Origin: Pocillopora damicornis
Taxonomy: Eukaryota
DNA: 64,000 nucleotides
Reading direction: 5' to 3'
NCBI RefSeq assembly: GCF_003704095.1
Contig: NW_020845558.1
Span: 744,001-808,000 of the forward strand
Shown here: positions 61,610-64,000 of the stretch, piece by piece
Layout of the letters: each line of letters opens with the position of its first letter
How positions within the stretch are numbered: the first letter of the stretch is position 1
Translations under genes and position numbers: made by a program
The notes under the pieces: generated by a model
What the model was told of the DNA's origin: nothing
Seen by the model: the letters and a program-made list of their open reading frames with translations, nothing else
Databases searched by the model: none

Positions 61610-62525
61610 GACCACAATAGCTGTGAAGGTCAATGCAATAACGCAATTCTCTGGGATTAAGATATTTCAGTATATATTATCTGACCACAATAACTGCAAA
61701 CGTCCGTGCGATTACGCAATTACTCGCCCTAGTAATTGACTTTGGCTAAATTTTGGCATAACTATGTTTCTAATGACTCAACCGGGGTCATTTCAGGTCA
61801 GGGTAGTCTACAAAGTATATAGGAAGTGTGCGTACAATTTTTTTCAATATTTCTATTCTGGAAGGCTCATTTCAAGGGGGATCAGTGAGACTAACAGGCC
61901 GCAGTATTGCAACCGTGCACGTGTGAGCCTCTTTCATATTGCATACACGCACTGCACTCTGATAGAAAAACGCTTCTACACACAAGCTCTGGCATCTTTG
62001 CAGACTGAAAGCCGAGTGAAACTTTACACAGAGCGGAAATTTAATTGCATACATAAAATAGAGTTTACGCACTCTATTTTTATCCGAACACGGGAAGCTT
62101 AGTTAAGTGATATCATAAATACCGTCTAGTGCCAACTGATTACCTAAGCCAATAATTGGATCAGCTGTCTGTCGTCGCGACCAGAGCTAAGTTATGCTCG
62201 ATCCGAAACTTCACCAGTAAACAATCAGCCTTTTACCCATAACGCGACCAACTTACTTACATCTGCGAAGTACACGCTGTACACTCATTAAGAATTTTTT
62301 TATACAGGTATTCAAAATTACATTGGTCAACAAATTCCTTATTATCCAGTTATTTTCTTTTCCCTCTTGCGAGTTATGAACGACCTTCTAACGTACTAGG
62401 ATTTGATTACGTATTCGACAAACCAATTAAATATGCTTTACACATTAATATCTTTTAAACGATAAAAAAAGCCACGTGAACAATTTCAAAAATTGCTTTT
62501 TGAGCCTTTTTAAACTAGCAAGGAC
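61610..62525 (+). repeat. copy 2 of the roughly 0.9-kb diverged direct duplication
   Basis: Colinear with 58690-59600. Confidence 0.85.
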
Positions 62526-64000
62526 AATAGATAACTTTTAGAGACTTCATAGTCTTGGCTAACCAGAAAACGTTCCCCACCCCCTCCCCACCAAGGTTCA
62601 TTAGACCTACTTTGGAAAAAATGCACATCATTTCTATTCAATAGAAATTTTACATTCTTTTGAAAAAATTCATTGTTTACATTCTTGAATCTTGACCTTA
62701 TTTAGGGAGAGCACGGCAAAAGAGGAAATGCAAAACGAGTCGAAAAGTAAATTGCAATTTTAGATTTGCATCTCACGGAGGAATATGATCGTTCATATTT
62801 TGCATACATAGAATAATTCGCCAGTTCAGCTGATCTGCTGTTATCAGCTTAGAGTATTTGAAACATCTAATTATAGCTGCATATTTTATTCGAACTGAGA
62901 GATTTCCGTTTGCGATCAATGCTGTCTTTGGTGAGTTTTCTTTCCAAATACAGATGCGTTAAACTGTGTTATTTCAAAGCGTTTATTGCTCGAGGCTACG
63001 ACACGCTATATTTGGATGATTTCACCTTGTGCTCAACCCATACTTAACATCAGAAAGGGCTGCCAGTGAACATTCTAGAGGGATATGCAACTCTAGCCCA
63101 AAAATTTTTCATCATAACAATAAATAAAGCAGCCTCTTCGCTAAATTCTTCGAAACTGCCGCAAAAATTTGCTGAACCAACTTTAAAAATCCTAAAAAGT
63201 AGAAATATGAACTAAAAACATTTTACACTCGGCAGAAATCCATTAAAAATAACAGGGACTGGGAGATTCTAAGAGTAAAGTCCAGTGAAAAACTACAGCT
63301 ATACAAATTGACCTTAAGGTTTGTGATAACTTATCCAGCCGCTCGATCTTCCGTTTATAAATTTATCCTGGGTTCGTCATTAGCATTTCCCACTTCTTTG
63401 TTTGCTTTTTTGTTTGAATTTTTATCTCGTTTGTTGGTGTATATCGTTTGAGGAAATGGTATTTATAATTCTGTTTATTTTCCTTTTTGCGGCTTATTAG
63501 TATGATTAGAAACCTTAAATGAAAAAGATAGCGTGACTATTGCCATTTCACTGCATTTCATTGGATTTTGCGTAGGTAACTCAAAATATTAATGAAAACT
63601 ATTTTTATTTTTTTATTGAAATAAAAGCTAAACGGCGGAGGGTTGACATTTAATTTTACCTCATCGTCTGATGTTGTTTCAAAACTGCAACCTCATTACG
63701 TAACCAAATACTTCTGAACTACAACATACAAATCATGTCTGGTATGCCATTTCTTAAACATGTAGCGGCAATCAACTGGAATAAAAGAATGACGTCCCTT
63801 TCATTTCTTCCTGAACATCACAATAAATAGTGATTTTCACGTACGATTTTTCCTTTTACGAACACTCAATTATGGCGCAGAATGAATGAATGAATGAAGA
63901 CCTCTTTTAAGGAACAACTAAGGCTTGTTCAGTTTGGAAATTAAGTTTTTCCCGAATATTCCGGAATCACAAATCCCACGAAGTGAAATCAGATCTATGA

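Overview
AT-rich, intron-containing animal genomic DNA with four 100-N scaffold gaps. The gene and repeat content suggests a scleractinian coral (inference). Spliced by eye on GT-AG sites, from left to right: (1) a 4-exon clockwork-orange-like bHLH-Orange repressor (-) with clustered E-boxes in its own promoter; (2) three secreted phospholipase A2 genes (one -, two +) plus an exon-1-only relic, partly inside a tandem array carrying tRNA-Gly(TCC) and tRNA-Gln(CTG) genes; (3) an intronless class A GPCR lacking the TM3-ECL2 disulfide; (4) CUEDC2 (-); (5) a 16-exon, 702-aa secreted and probably GPI-anchored protein joining a domain like the orphan non-catalytic N-terminal region of vertebrate PGLYRP2 to a MIDAS-intact VWA domain, with no amidase domain; (6) a repetitive QSITRFamide-type neuropeptide preprohormone with a frameshifted tail and an upstream pseudogenic paralogue. 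Many MITEs and retroelement relics are present, including a triple-nested insertion, a near-perfect hairpin insertion flanked by a 16-bp direct repeat, and degenerate Penelope-type hammerhead repeats. All homology calls come from motif recognition, not database searches.
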